Of a DNA stretch of 64,000 nt, positions 1 to 9,902 are shown piece after piece (position 1 is the first letter of the stretch; every line of letters begins with the position of its first letter). The DNA is taken from contig CAVWUU010000004.1 in NCBI GenBank assembly GCA_963758295.1, positions 288,001-352,000 on the forward strand, given 5' to 3'. A program made the position numbers and the translations under genes. Origin of the DNA: Candidatus Eremiobacteria bacterium (GTDB lineage Bacteria > Vulcanimicrobiota > Vulcanimicrobiia > Vulcanimicrobiales > Vulcanimicrobiaceae). The notes under the pieces are model-generated. The model was not told where the DNA came from, made no database searches, and saw nothing but the letters and a program-made list of their open reading frames with translations.

Positions 1-233
1 TCTGCCGCCGCCAACGCTATGCGGCCGTCATCGATGCGGTAAAACAGACACACGTCGGCAAATTCGCCGACCGGAAGCTTTACGGCCCGCCGAAGCACGC
101 ACGGAATGTCGAGCGATGCGGCGAGCTCGCCTCCTGCCCTTGCTAGCACGCGCATTTCGATCCGCCGGCGACGCCGCAAATCGCGCCGATCGTCCGGATT
201 ATTTTGACTCAGTCCGTTCAAACCCAGTACCAT
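1..233 (-). CDS. N-terminal part of a GAF-domain signalling protein (runs off the window start; absent from the ORF track)
   Basis: Manual translation from ATG 233 (alternative ATG 155): ...MRVLARAGGELAASLDIPCVLRRAVKLPVGEFADVCLFYRIDDGRIALAAA, open to base 1. This matches the typical GAF start LxxAxxxLAxSLD...ADxC. Confidence 0.65.
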   Translation of the reverse strand, partial: MVLGLNGLSQNNPDDRRDLRRRRRIEMRVLARAGGELAASLDIPCVLRRAVKLPVGEFADVCLFYRIDDGRIALAAA

Positions 234-313
234 TAAGCAAGGACGGTCCTACCCGATCGACAGCTGTATATTGCTATTATGAACAAATTAACCCGCAAAG
301 GAATGTTCCCATC

Positions 314-559
314 GTGACAAATGGCCGAAACGGACGGGTGCTTCCCGCAGATCTAGGCAACGTCGAAAACGCATCGCGATTCACGGTGAACCTAGCCGGC
401 GACGTCGCCGAACAGTTGCGCGCGCTTGCGCAGGATCAGCGGTTAAGCGAAAGCTCCATCGTTGAGGTCGCTCTGAGACAGTTATTTACGCGTGTCCGCC
501 CTCAGGTGCTCGGTGCCTTCTTGCGGGAGCACGGCGCATGTCTACGCAGGCGGGGCTAA
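314..559 (+). CDS. Ribbon-helix-helix (CopG-like) DNA-binding protein
   Basis: RFTVNLAGDVAEQLRALAQDQRLSESSIVEVALRQL is a strand-helix-helix pattern. GTG 314 follows AAGGA; the ORF-track start at 116 overlaps the opposite-strand gene. Confidence 0.7.
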   Translation: MTNGRNGRVLPADLGNVENASRFTVNLAGDVAEQLRALAQDQRLSESSIVEVALRQLFTRVRPQVLGAFLREHGACLRRRG

Positions 560-2421
560 TACCTTACTCGCAATCGCTGCTTGCGACGACCGCCGAATTA
601 CTTGCCGCCGTCGAAGAGTGCTCCGCCGGTGTCGTCGGCGCGAACGCAATCATGGAAACGTTCATACGCGCACCGGATGGATTGATTCCGGCGGCCATAG
701 AATTTCGCAAGCGGACGAGCGAACCGTTTTTGCCGGTATCCCACATTGGCGGTGAACTTCGCGACTTGCGATATTGGCTTCGGTGGCCGCTCGGGCGCAT
801 TTTGGTCAGGCGGCGCGCCGCGCGGATCCGCCATCCATTGACAGGTGAGCTAGCGCTAGCCTTTCCTTTGATCGATGGCGATGAAGCAACGATCGTCGTG
901 GCCGTTTTGGCGGATCGGACGTTCACTGCCGACGAACTGGCATTTATCTCGGCCGTAGAACATATCCGCACGTCGTTTCGAGCGGCTCCGCGTTTCGATG
1001 GAACCGCGGAACCCATGGAACCGGCAATTGTTTCGCTTGGTCCGCTCGCCTCAACCTTGCGCGGCGTACGCAACGTACGTTGCAGGAACGAGGATGGCGC
1101 ATCACATCGCTTACCCGCATAAGCGCGCTCTGGGAAGCCGTTGGAAGGCGTCCTCCGGATCTGGCTTTGATAGCTGGGAACCTTGCGGAGGTTCACCACA
1201 TACTTCGCGCGGTTCGTTTGAACCCCAACGCGCTCGATCTTCCAATCGTCGTTCTCTGCGAGTCGGGCGAACCTACTTCGGAGCTTCGCATTCTTGCAGA
1301 CGCCGTTTTAACTTCCGGCATGACCGACCGTGAACTCTTCAAGGCAATCAAGACGGTGTTGCACATGTCGGCCGACTATCGAGAGCAGCACCTGCGCTCG
1401 CGCGTTGCTCAATTGGAAGTTCTGTTCGAAAGGGCCGCATCTTCGGCGGAGTTAGCGGCGTTGGCGGCCGACGAACTTTCTTCGTGTCTTGACGGCTGGA
1501 GCGCGGTGCACTTGATCGACGGACAGGGCCGCATCGCTTCCGCCGAGTGTGGCGCCAATCGCAGGATCTTCACTCACGTTCCCGAGGTCTTGTTGCAAGA
1601 CCGTCCCGTCTTTACAAACGCACCTGCAAATACGTTCGTCCGAACGCTCACGATGCATGAAGAAGTAGCAGACGCATTTCTTTCCCTTACGCCGCTTTCC
1701 ATGGGATCGATTCCGCTCATCTATGGAGGCGAACACGTTGGAACGGTTGTCGCAGCTACCTTGAGGCATTCGGCCGATCCGGCGGAATGGCGGTTCGTCA
1801 CTGCGGCATGCGAATTGTTGGCGAAGAAGTTCGTTCAACAAGACGAACGCACCGTCACGGCGCGTCCCGAACTGGTGCGAATCGGCCGGTGGAACGCGCT
1901 CGAAGATTCGCCGTTTACGATTGCTTTCTGTAACGGTTTGACCGACGACCTCTGTTGGCGCTTCGTCCGGATTGCAGACGAATCTATGCTCATAAGGCTT
2001 TGCAGGCCGGGCGCCGACGAAAATGCTGTGGAAAGCGAATTCGCGCTGCGCGCGCACACGACGCATTCGCTGGAGCCGGCTCTGCGCGCCGCGTTGGGAA
2101 GTGCTGGATTGGGAATTGCGGCGCTGTACCGCCATGACAGTCGCACGTTGACATACGTGCGACGCGGCATGTCCGAGCCGCTCATCGTTGGACGAGGGGG
2201 TCCATCCGCCGTCGTGCAGTCGCGCGGCGCCGGCGAAAATATCATTTCTACCGCGCGTCTGTTGGATGCAAAGTTGGATCGCATTTGGAGATGACGACGT
2301 GCTAGCACGGATCGCCGGTGCATCACCGTCGTTAGCCCTCGAGGGGGTCCCGAACGAAATCGGGCCGGCTCGATGCCTGCTCTTTAAGACATCGAGCCTT
2401 GATGGCTCAGCAAACCGTTGA
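538..2421 (+). pseudogene. Multi-domain sensor (GAF-like, receiver-like, GAF, degenerate SpoIIE/PP2C-like), split by apparent frameshifts at about 1075 and 2270
   Basis: ORF 538-1122 ends AIVSLGPLASTLRGVRNV and ORF 1080-2294 continues LQERGWRITSL...PPDLALI...LPIVVL, together forming a receiver fold. RTLTYVRRGMSEPLIV resembles SpoIIE, and a plausible C-terminus continues in the 2188-2421 frame. Confidence 0.5.
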
Positions 2422-3349
2422 GGCTGGAATGGATTTTGGTGATGTCGCTCTCAAGCTCGAGGCTCTGACTCATCAACCGGTCGGCGGTTCGAATATCGCC
2501 CCGAATACGCGCGCGTCCGGCGATTTTTCGCAGTAGATCTTGACGCTCCTGAAGAGCGCGGATCGCCGTCCACAGCGACTCTTCTAAAGTGGTCGTTTGC
2601 GAAGAGAGCATCGAGTCGGTAGAGTATGCGTGGCCGGTACGGCACCGGAATCGCAGCGTCGCATCCATATCGACTTCCCATAGCGTGCCTCCGCAGTCGG
2701 GGCAGGTGAATACGGACGGCACGCCGCGCCGCCGTTCGTCGGTGAGCAAAGCGGCGCCGTTTGGTTCCCGATCGCCGATCGATTTCACGAATTCGGTGAT
2801 GACCATCCCCAAATCGACCGAGTCGACGACGCGGTCTACGACGCCGGCGGCAATTGCGTTGCGGGGCATCTCCGGAAATTGCGCCTCGTTCGGCTCTTGG
2901 ACGATGGTGGCGCCGCCCGCCGCGCGAATATCCGCGAGACCCGCCACGCCGTCATCCAGCGTGCCGGAAAGGAGCACGCCGGCCACCCTTTCTCGATAGC
3001 GCGTTGCGGCCGTGCGAAAGAGCACGTCAATCGAAGGCCGGCTCGAGTTTTCACGAGCGCCCTGCAGCACGCGCATGACGCCGTCCTCGACGCTCAGGTG
3101 ATAGTTCGGAGGAGCCACGAAGATACGCCCGGGCGCTACGGGCGCTCTATCTATCGCGTGAGTAGCAAATAAGGGGCCACTTCGAGATATGATATGTGGC
3201 AAGGAAGATACGCTGTCCGGCGGCACGTGCACGACGACGAATATCGGCGCCGGCAAATCCGACGGGAGGGAAGCGACGAGCCGCTGCAGCGGCTCGATGG
3301 ATCCCGCCGAACCGCCGATCACTACTGCCGAATGGATTGAACCGTTCAT
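2384..3349 (-). CDS. Stand-alone CheB-type methylesterase with C-terminal Zn-ribbon and coiled coil
   Basis: IGGSAGS (Ser), VVHV (His) and GTLDDG (Asp) triad present; CPDCGG...CRTGH; ATG at 3349 (MNGSIHS). Confidence 0.88.
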   Translation of the reverse strand: MNGSIHSAVVIGGSAGSIEPLQRLVASLPSDLPAPIFVVVHVPPDSVSSLPHIISRSGPLFATHAIDRAPVAPGRIFVAPPNYHLSVEDGVMRVLQGARENSSRPSIDVLFRTAATRYRERVAGVLLSGTLDDGVAGLADIRAAGGATIVQEPNEAQFPEMPRNAIAAGVVDRVVDSVDLGMVITEFVKSIGDREPNGAALLTDERRRGVPSVFTCPDCGGTLWEVDMDATLRFRCRTGHAYSTDSMLSSQTTTLEESLWTAIRALQERQDLLRKIAGRARIRGDIRTADRLMSQSLELESDITKIHSSLNGLLSHQGSMS

Positions 3350-3388
3350 TCCATGAGTTCTTTCCCGTTTAACGAAAGGAGGCGCGCA

Positions 3389-5917
3389 ATGACTCAGCAA
3401 GCGGAACAGGCGCCTCGCCTTATAGTCGTTGGAGTTCCGGCGGGAGCGATGGAAGCTCTCGAGCGCCTCGTCTCCCATCTTACGCCCGCTTTTCCGGTCC
3501 CGATAGTGGTAATCGCTCCCAATGCCGATGGACAATGGCTCAACGAGCGCAATGCTTTTGCGTCAAAAAACTCAGCCGGGTTTCATACGATCGATCGAAG
3601 TGTCGATTTGAAGGCAGGAAACGTTTACGCGGCCTTGGATGGACGAGATCTCACCATTGACGCCGGAACCGTCATCCCGGGACCTCAATCGAACGGCGCG
3701 CCGATCGACAAGCTTTTTACGTCCGCGGCCGAGCAGTACGGAGAAGAATTGATTGCGGTCCTTTTCTCCGGAAACAACGGGGCCGATGGACCGAGCGGCG
3801 TGCGCGCGGTCAAAGAACGCGGCGGCACGGTGGTCATGGAAGAGGCCGACCGCACAGCCTATCCGGTTACGACGGCACCGCCGATTCCGTACAATCACAT
3901 CGACTACGCTTCGGACGTGGACGCGCTCGCCGACTTATTGCTGTCGCTCGCGACCGACCGGTCGGCGTCCGCCGATGTGAACGATCCGGAAGTGCTCCGC
4001 GCATTTCTTTCGCAGCTTCGTGGACGCAGTGGAATAGATTTTCGCCAGTACAAAACGCCGACGATCGTTCGCCGCCTCTCGCGACTAATGAACGCCTCAC
4101 GCTGCAAAACCCTCGCTGAATATCTGCGCTATCTCAATGGCAACTCCGACGCGTATCAGCGGCTCGTCAGCGCGTTTCTGATCAAAGTGACGGGGTTTTT
4201 TCGCGATCCCGCGCTTTACAGCCATCTGCGCGAAGAGGTTCTTCCCGCAATCATCACTCGCGCAAAGCAGAGCCGTGAAGAGCTGCGTTTTTGGTCGGCC
4301 GGGTGCGCAACGGGTGAAGAGGCGTATTCCATCGCGATGCTCCTTGCCGAACTCTTGGGCGACGAGGTTGACGATCTTCCGATTCGAATTTTTGCGACGG
4401 ATCTCGATGCCGACGCCATCGCATTTGCGCGAAGGGGAATCTACCCGTCGAGCGCCCTTTCGGCTCTCTCGCCCGAATTGATCGCCAAGTATTTTACGCG
4501 GGTCGGAGACGCATATCAGGTCCGCAAACGAATTCGAAATCTTACCGTTTTCGGCGAGTACGATCTTGGACAGCGCGCACCGTTCCCGCGAATCGACATG
4601 GTCTTGTGCCGGAACGTGCTGATCTATTTCACGCGAGAGCTGCAGCAACGCACGCTCCAGCTCTTCGCTTTCTCACTACGCGAGGGTGGCTATCTCGTGC
4701 TGGGTAAGGCCGAAACGGCCAATCCGTTGCCGCAATACTTCACGCCGCTCGATCAGAGTTTGAAGGTATTCCGCAGGCAAGGCGAACGGCTTTTGATCCC
4801 GGCGCCGGCTTTTGCGGAAAATGCGGCGCTTCGCGAGCGGCCTTCCGTCCGTCGTAATGCGCTAAGAAGCGCTTCCCTTCCCCGTCGTATGGTGCCGGAC
4901 GCGCCTCCGCGCTGGTCATTGACGGAAAGGCTTGGTTCGTTCTTGTTCGATTCACCAATCGGCGTTGTCGTTGTCGATCGAAACTACGACATTCTCACGA
5001 TCAATCAGTCGGCGCGGTCGTTGCTCGCCATTCACGGGCAAGGAATCGGTGACGACCTGATCCACCTCACCGCGGCACCGCAACTGAAATCTTGGCTGGA
5101 CTCGGCATTCAGAAGCGAGCTTCCAGCGTCGGACGAAGAACTTGCCTTAGAAGATGCCGCAACTAATGAAACGCGGTATTTGCAGCTGTCGTGCTATCCG
5201 GACAAAACCGCAAATAAGGACGGAAGGATCGAGGGCGTCATCGTGATTGTGGCGGATGTCACGCATTCGGTGAAACGCCGCCGGCAGCTTCAGGAAGAAA
5301 ACGACGAATTTCGCGCGTCGAACGAACGCGCGTCGCTGCAAAGCGAACAGCTGTTGGCCCGCCAGCGCGCCCTGGTCGATGCCAATAACGAACTTACGTC
5401 GGCAAATAACGACCTGCGAAACGCAAACGAACACCTGCTCATAGCCGCCGAAGAAGCCGAAGCTTCCGCCGAAGAAGTGGAAACGCTCAACGAGGAGATG
5501 CAGGCCACCAGCGAAGAGCTGGAGACCCTCAACGAAGAGCTGCAAGCCACCGTCGAAGAGCTGAACACCACGAACGAGGAACTCGGCGCGCGCGGCACCG
5601 AACTCGAGCGCTTCGGTGTCGATCGCGAGAACCGTGTCGCAGAACTGGAGCAGCTCGTAAAGCTCCATCAAACCGCCCTCGAAGAGCTGCACGCGATCGT
5701 TTGCCTGATGCGTGACGGCAAGATCGCGGCGACGTCGAACCGATATGCGGCGTTGCAAGCGCTCAATCCGTCGGTGCTGGCGGCGCCGGGTGAGCGCTGG
5801 CGCAATCCGCCGCATGCAATCGTATTGAACGTTGGAGACGGCACGTCGCAAGAGTATCGAATCAAAGTGAAACCTGCAGGAGGTTCGATTTCGATCGTTT
5901 CGTTCGATCCCGCGTGA
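3389..5917 (+). CDS. CheB(degenerate)-CheR methyltransferase-PAS-coiled-coil fusion
   Basis: KVTGFFRD, WSAGCATGEEAYS and CRNVLIYF CheR motifs; PAS-like region; EELxxxNEEL heptads; SD AAAGGAGG before ATG 3389. Confidence 0.9.
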   Translation: MTQQAEQAPRLIVVGVPAGAMEALERLVSHLTPAFPVPIVVIAPNADGQWLNERNAFASKNSAGFHTIDRSVDLKAGNVYAALDGRDLTIDAGTVIPGPQSNGAPIDKLFTSAAEQYGEELIAVLFSGNNGADGPSGVRAVKERGGTVVMEEADRTAYPVTTAPPIPYNHIDYASDVDALADLLLSLATDRSASADVNDPEVLRAFLSQLRGRSGIDFRQYKTPTIVRRLSRLMNASRCKTLAEYLRYLNGNSDAYQRLVSAFLIKVTGFFRDPALYSHLREEVLPAIITRAKQSREELRFWSAGCATGEEAYSIAMLLAELLGDEVDDLPIRIFATDLDADAIAFARRGIYPSSALSALSPELIAKYFTRVGDAYQVRKRIRNLTVFGEYDLGQRAPFPRIDMVLCRNVLIYFTRELQQRTLQLFAFSLREGGYLVLGKAETANPLPQYFTPLDQSLKVFRRQGERLLIPAPAFAENAALRERPSVRRNALRSASLPRRMVPDAPPRWSLTERLGSFLFDSPIGVVVVDRNYDILTINQSARSLLAIHGQGIGDDLIHLTAAPQLKSWLDSAFRSELPASDEELALEDAATNETRYLQLSCYPDKTANKDGRIEGVIVIVADVTHSVKRRRQLQEENDEFRASNERASLQSEQLLARQRALVDANNELTSANNDLRNANEHLLIAAEEAEASAEEVETLNEEMQATSEELETLNEELQATVEELNTTNEELGARGTELERFGVDRENRVAELEQLVKLHQTALEELHAIVCLMRDGKIAATSNRYAALQALNPSVLAAPGERWRNPPHAIVLNVGDGTSQEYRIKVKPAGGSISIVSFDPA
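5447..5585 (+). repeat. Imperfect 21-nt-period coding repeat (heptads EELETLN/EELQATV/EELNTTN)
   Basis: Recurring gaagagctg / aacgaaga units every 21 nt within the CheBR coiled coil. Confidence 0.7.
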
Positions 5918-5973
5918 TACGACGTTTATCGTCCAGGACTCCGCACGCGTTCGGCTAATGGACCCTCCCCAGC

Positions 5974-8900
5974 ATGGCGCGCCGCAATATTATGGTCATC
6001 GGCTCCGGACCGATCATCATCGGTCAGGCCGCAGAATTTGATTACGCGGGTGTGCAAGCGTGTCGAGCCTTACGTGAAGAAGGCCACCGTGTCGTCCTAG
6101 TCAATTCGAACCCCGCTACAATTATGACGGACCCCGAGGTTGCCGATGCGGTGTACCTCGAGCCCCTGACGGTCGCGTCGGTCGAGCAGATCATCGCCCG
6201 GGAGCGCCCCGATGCGTTGCTGCCGACGCTCGGCGGTCAAACCGGATTGAATCTTGCCGTCGAGTTGGATGACGCCGGCGTTCTCAAAAAGTACGGCGTC
6301 GAACTCTTGGGAACGCCCGTCGACACGATCAAGCTTGCAGAAGACCGCGAGCGTTTCAAGGAAAAGATGATCGAAATCGGCGAGCCCGTCGCCGAAAGCG
6401 TCGTCGTAACGGACATCGAGCAGGGCATCGTGTTTGCCGAGCGCACGGGTTATCCGCTCGTTGTACGGCCAGCTTACACACTTGGCGGAACCGGCGGCGG
6501 CGTCGTTTACAATGAAGAAGAGTTGCGGGAACGCTTGGATGCAGGCTTAAACGCTTCGCTCATTCACCAGGCATTGCTCGAGACGTCGCTTCTCGGATGG
6601 AAAGAAGTCGAGTACGAAGTCCTGCGCGACGGCGCCGACAACTGCATCATCGTTTGCAATATGGAAAACATCGATCCGGTCGGCGTTCACACCGGCGACT
6701 CGATCGTGGTTGCGCCTTCGCAGACCCTTTCGGATCTCGAGTACCAAATGCTGCGCACGTCGTCGCTGAACGTCATTCGGGCGCTCAACGTTCAGGGTGG
6801 CTGCAACATTCAATTTGCATTGCATCCCGAGCGCAGCGAATACGCGATTATCGAGGTGAACCCGCGCGTATCGCGGAGTTCCGCGCTCGCATCCAAAGCC
6901 ACGGGCTATCCGATCGCGAAAATTTCGACGCGCATCGCATTGGGCCAAACGCTCGACGAGATTCCGAATCCCGTTACCGGCGTAACGAAAGCTGCGTACG
7001 AACCGACGCTCGACTACGTCGTCGTCAAGATTCCCCGCTGGCCGTTCGACAAGTTTCCCCTGGCCGATACGACGCTTGGAACGCAGATGAAGTCTACCGG
7101 CGAAGCGATGGGCATCGGACGCACGTTCCGCGCATCTCTGCTGAAGGCAATTCGCGGACTGGATCTGAAGCGCGAAGCGCTTACCGGCGGCGAGTATCTT
7201 GAATGGAGCACCGGCGAGCTCGAAGCCATCGTCATAAAACCGACGCATCAGCGGCTCTTCGCCGTGTGCGAACTGCTTCGCCGCGCGCTGCGTGAAAAGG
7301 CGCTCGACGCGAGCGTCAAACACATTCACGCCATTTCCGACATCGACGAGTTCTGGCTTTACGAGTTCGCGGATCTCGTTGCGCTCGAAGAACGGCTGCG
7401 AACTTCGCCCGCGGAGGCCGACGTCAAAGAAGCGCTCGAGGCCGGGTATTCCACGCTTAGTTTTGAAGCGCTCGCAAAATCCGGCGCCTCCAAGAACGGA
7501 AGCATTGCAGCGTTCCGCATGGTCGATACCGCGGCGGCGGAATTTCCCGCGAAGTCGCCATATTATTACCTCTCGCGCGGCGAACTCGATGAAATTCGCC
7601 CGACGCCGCGCGAAGCCGTGGTCGTCGTCGGCAGCGGCCCGATTCGCATCGGTCAAGGCATCGAGTTTGATTACTCATGCGTGCACGCAGCGTGGGCGCT
7701 CAAGGACGCCGGAATGTCACCGGTCGTCATTAACAATAATCCCGAAACCGTCTCGACGGATTTCGACATCTCCGATGCGCTCGTGTTCGAGCCGCCCGGA
7801 GCGGATGAAGTGGAAGCGGCGTACCGTTCGAGCAATGCGCGCGGCGTTATGCTCGCCTTCGGCGGACAAACGGCGATCAATCTCGCCGCGGAGCTCAGCC
7901 GCCGCGGCGTGCCGATCGTCGGCAGCGATCGCGCCAGCCTCGACATGGCGGAGGATCGCGCGCAATTCGATGCGGCATTGGAGCGTTTAGGCGTCGCGCG
8001 ACCGGAAGGTAAAGCTGCGACGAGCTTCCGTGAGGCGCGCGCATTTGCGCGTGAACTCGGCTTCCCGGTGCTCGTTCGCCCGTCGTTCGTGCTTGGCGGA
8101 CGCGGCATGGAAATTATCTATAACGAAGGCCAGTTGGCTTCTTATGCGGAGTCCGCTCCGCCAATTCTGCCCGATGCGCCGCTGCTCGTGGACAAGTATC
8201 TGAAGGGACTCGAAGTCGAGGTCGACGCCGTTTTCGACGGTGAAGACATCTTGATTCCAGGCATCTTCGAGCACATCGAACGTGCCGGCATCCATTCCGG
8301 CGACTCCATCAGCGTGTATCCGACGCAGACGATCGACGAAGCGATGACCCGGCGAATCGTCGAGGTGACGACGGATATCGCAAAAGAACTGCGCATTCGC
8401 GGCTTGATCAACATTCAGTTCGTCGTGCACGAAGGCAAGCTCTACATTATCGAAGCGAACCCGCGCGCGAGCCGCACCGTGCCGATCATTCAAAAGGCGA
8501 CCGGGGTGAATCTCGTCGCGGCGGCCACCCGCATTGCGCTGGGACAGAAGCTGCGCGATATGGAGTATGGCACCGGGCTGCATCCCCGCACGCCATACGT
8601 CGTCGTGAAAGTCCCGGTCTTCTCATTTTCGAAGATGAGCGGCGTCGAGACGATTCTCGGCCCCGAAATGAAGTCGACCGGCGAAGTGCTCGGCATCGAC
8701 GAAACATTTGCGGGAGCCCTGCGAAAAGGGTTTGTGGGCGCCGGCGTACGCCTTCCCGGGACCGGTGGACGGATTCTGGTGTCGATCGCCGACGAAGAAA
8801 AGAATGAGGCGATGCCGGTCTTACGGCGGTACGCGGACCTGGGCCACACGCTCGTCGCGACGCCCGGAACGCGGGCGGCGCTGGAAGCGGCCGGTATCCC

Positions 8901-9171
8901 CTGCGAACCGGTGAACAAAATTTCCGGCGGCTCGCCCCACGTGCTGGATGTGATCCATCAACGGAAAGTCGACCTCGTGATCAACGACGCTAAGGGGCCG
9001 CGGGAAATCTCGGATAACTACAAGATTCGCCGGGCCGCAGTAGAAGCGAGTATCGCGTGTTTGACCAGTTTGGATACGGCTCGGGCGCTCGCGGAGGCTC
9101 TCGAAAATTCGGCGGGGCCGCCGAGGAGTCTGCAAGAGTATCGGAGCGCGCAAGCGACGATCGACATCTAG
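5974..9171 (+). CDS. carB: Carbamoyl-phosphate synthase large subunit
   Basis: [16 protein letters not shown], two ATP-grasp halves ([19 protein letters not shown]), C-terminal MGS domain, 1065 aa. Confidence 0.97.
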   Translation: MARRNIMVIGSGPIIIGQAAEFDYAGVQACRALREEGHRVVLVNSNPATIMTDPEVADAVYLEPLTVASVEQIIARERPDALLPTLGGQTGLNLAVELDDAGVLKKYGVELLGTPVDTIKLAEDRERFKEKMIEIGEPVAESVVVTDIEQGIVFAERTGYPLVVRPAYTLGGTGGGVVYNEEELRERLDAGLNASLIHQALLETSLLGWKEVEYEVLRDGADNCIIVCNMENIDPVGVHTGDSIVVAPSQTLSDLEYQMLRTSSLNVIRALNVQGGCNIQFALHPERSEYAIIEVNPRVSRSSALASKATGYPIAKISTRIALGQTLDEIPNPVTGVTKAAYEPTLDYVVVKIPRWPFDKFPLADTTLGTQMKSTGEAMGIGRTFRASLLKAIRGLDLKREALTGGEYLEWSTGELEAIVIKPTHQRLFAVCELLRRALREKALDASVKHIHAISDIDEFWLYEFADLVALEERLRTSPAEADVKEALEAGYSTLSFEALAKSGASKNGSIAAFRMVDTAAAEFPAKSPYYYLSRGELDEIRPTPREAVVVVGSGPIRIGQGIEFDYSCVHAAWALKDAGMSPVVINNNPETVSTDFDISDALVFEPPGADEVEAAYRSSNARGVMLAFGGQTAINLAAELSRRGVPIVGSDRASLDMAEDRAQFDAALERLGVARPEGKAATSFREARAFARELGFPVLVRPSFVLGGRGMEIIYNEGQLASYAESAPPILPDAPLLVDKYLKGLEVEVDAVFDGEDILIPGIFEHIERAGIHSGDSISVYPTQTIDEAMTRRIVEVTTDIAKELRIRGLINIQFVVHEGKLYIIEANPRASRTVPIIQKATGVNLVAAATRIALGQKLRDMEYGTGLHPRTPYVVVKVPVFSFSKMSGVETILGPEMKSTGEVLGIDETFAGALRKGFVGAGVRLPGTGGRILVSIADEEKNEAMPVLRRYADLGHTLVATPGTRAALEAAGIPCEPVNKISGGSPHVLDVIHQRKVDLVINDAKGPREISDNYKIRRAAVEASIACLTSLDTARALAEALENSAGPPRSLQEYRSAQATIDI

Positions 9172-9197
9172 ATCTGCGGGACGAGCCGCGTGTCTTC

Positions 9198-9893
9198 GTG
9201 CTGGGCGGCAGCGGCAGCGGCCTCGGATTCGTAAACAGCTTCCGGACGACAAACGGGACGGTTACAACGCGTCTCGTATCGGTAGCATGGACGCCCGTCG
9301 GCGTGGTGATCGGTGATACGTGGCAAAACGTCGGTATCGCACTCGCAAATCTGCCCGACTGGGTCGATCGGACATTTCCGCCCGAGGACGAGCATGCTTT
9401 CGTCGCCCCGATGCGTGACATCGAACTGCTCGCGCGCGTGCAATGGCACGCCGAGCTTCCCGAGGCGCTCTCGGACGAAACGGTTCTCAACATCGAAGAC
9501 GTGCCCGAAGACATCGCCGAAGGCCTCTCGCATCCGCCGGGTTCCATCGTACAGTGCGCGGCGTGCCGGCGACTCTGCGTTCGCGGCGACTTCGTTTGGA
9601 AAGAGAAACAGCTCTGCGCTTGGGACTATCACGCGCAGGTCTTTGGAAAACGCGGCCCGTGGCGAGATGGTCCCTACGAAGAACGTCACTTTGAAACGTT
9701 GCCCCAGTGCGCATACGTTGCTCCGCAGATTCTCGGTGAAATGGACGTAGACGTCGTGATGGCGACTAACTCGGTCGAGGAAACGGTCGCGCGACGCATG
9801 ATCGAAGTGCTGCTCGAATCGGAGCCGCAGCGGCCGCACATGGCGGTGCGCTCGGGCGACGGGTTCACCGTTCTGCGCGAGCTCGAGAGTTAA
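9198..9893 (+). CDS. Hypothetical protein with possible Zn site; start uncertain
   Basis: Open frame filling the carB-pbpA gap with coding-like codon usage; CAACRRLC...CAWDYH. Confidence 0.65.
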   Translation: MLGGSGSGLGFVNSFRTTNGTVTTRLVSVAWTPVGVVIGDTWQNVGIALANLPDWVDRTFPPEDEHAFVAPMRDIELLARVQWHAELPEALSDETVLNIEDVPEDIAEGLSHPPGSIVQCAACRRLCVRGDFVWKEKQLCAWDYHAQVFGKRGPWRDGPYEERHFETLPQCAYVAPQILGEMDVDVVMATNSVEETVARRMIEVLLESEPQRPHMAVRSGDGFTVLRELES

Positions 9894-9902
9894 CACCGCC
9901 GC

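Noticed and set aside
5447..5585. CRISPR-like periodic repeats
   Set aside because: In-frame heptad coding repeats with no spacers or cas genes.
5974..9171. carB without adjacent carA as a novelty
   Set aside because: Split carA/carB locations are common; carA may lie outside the window.
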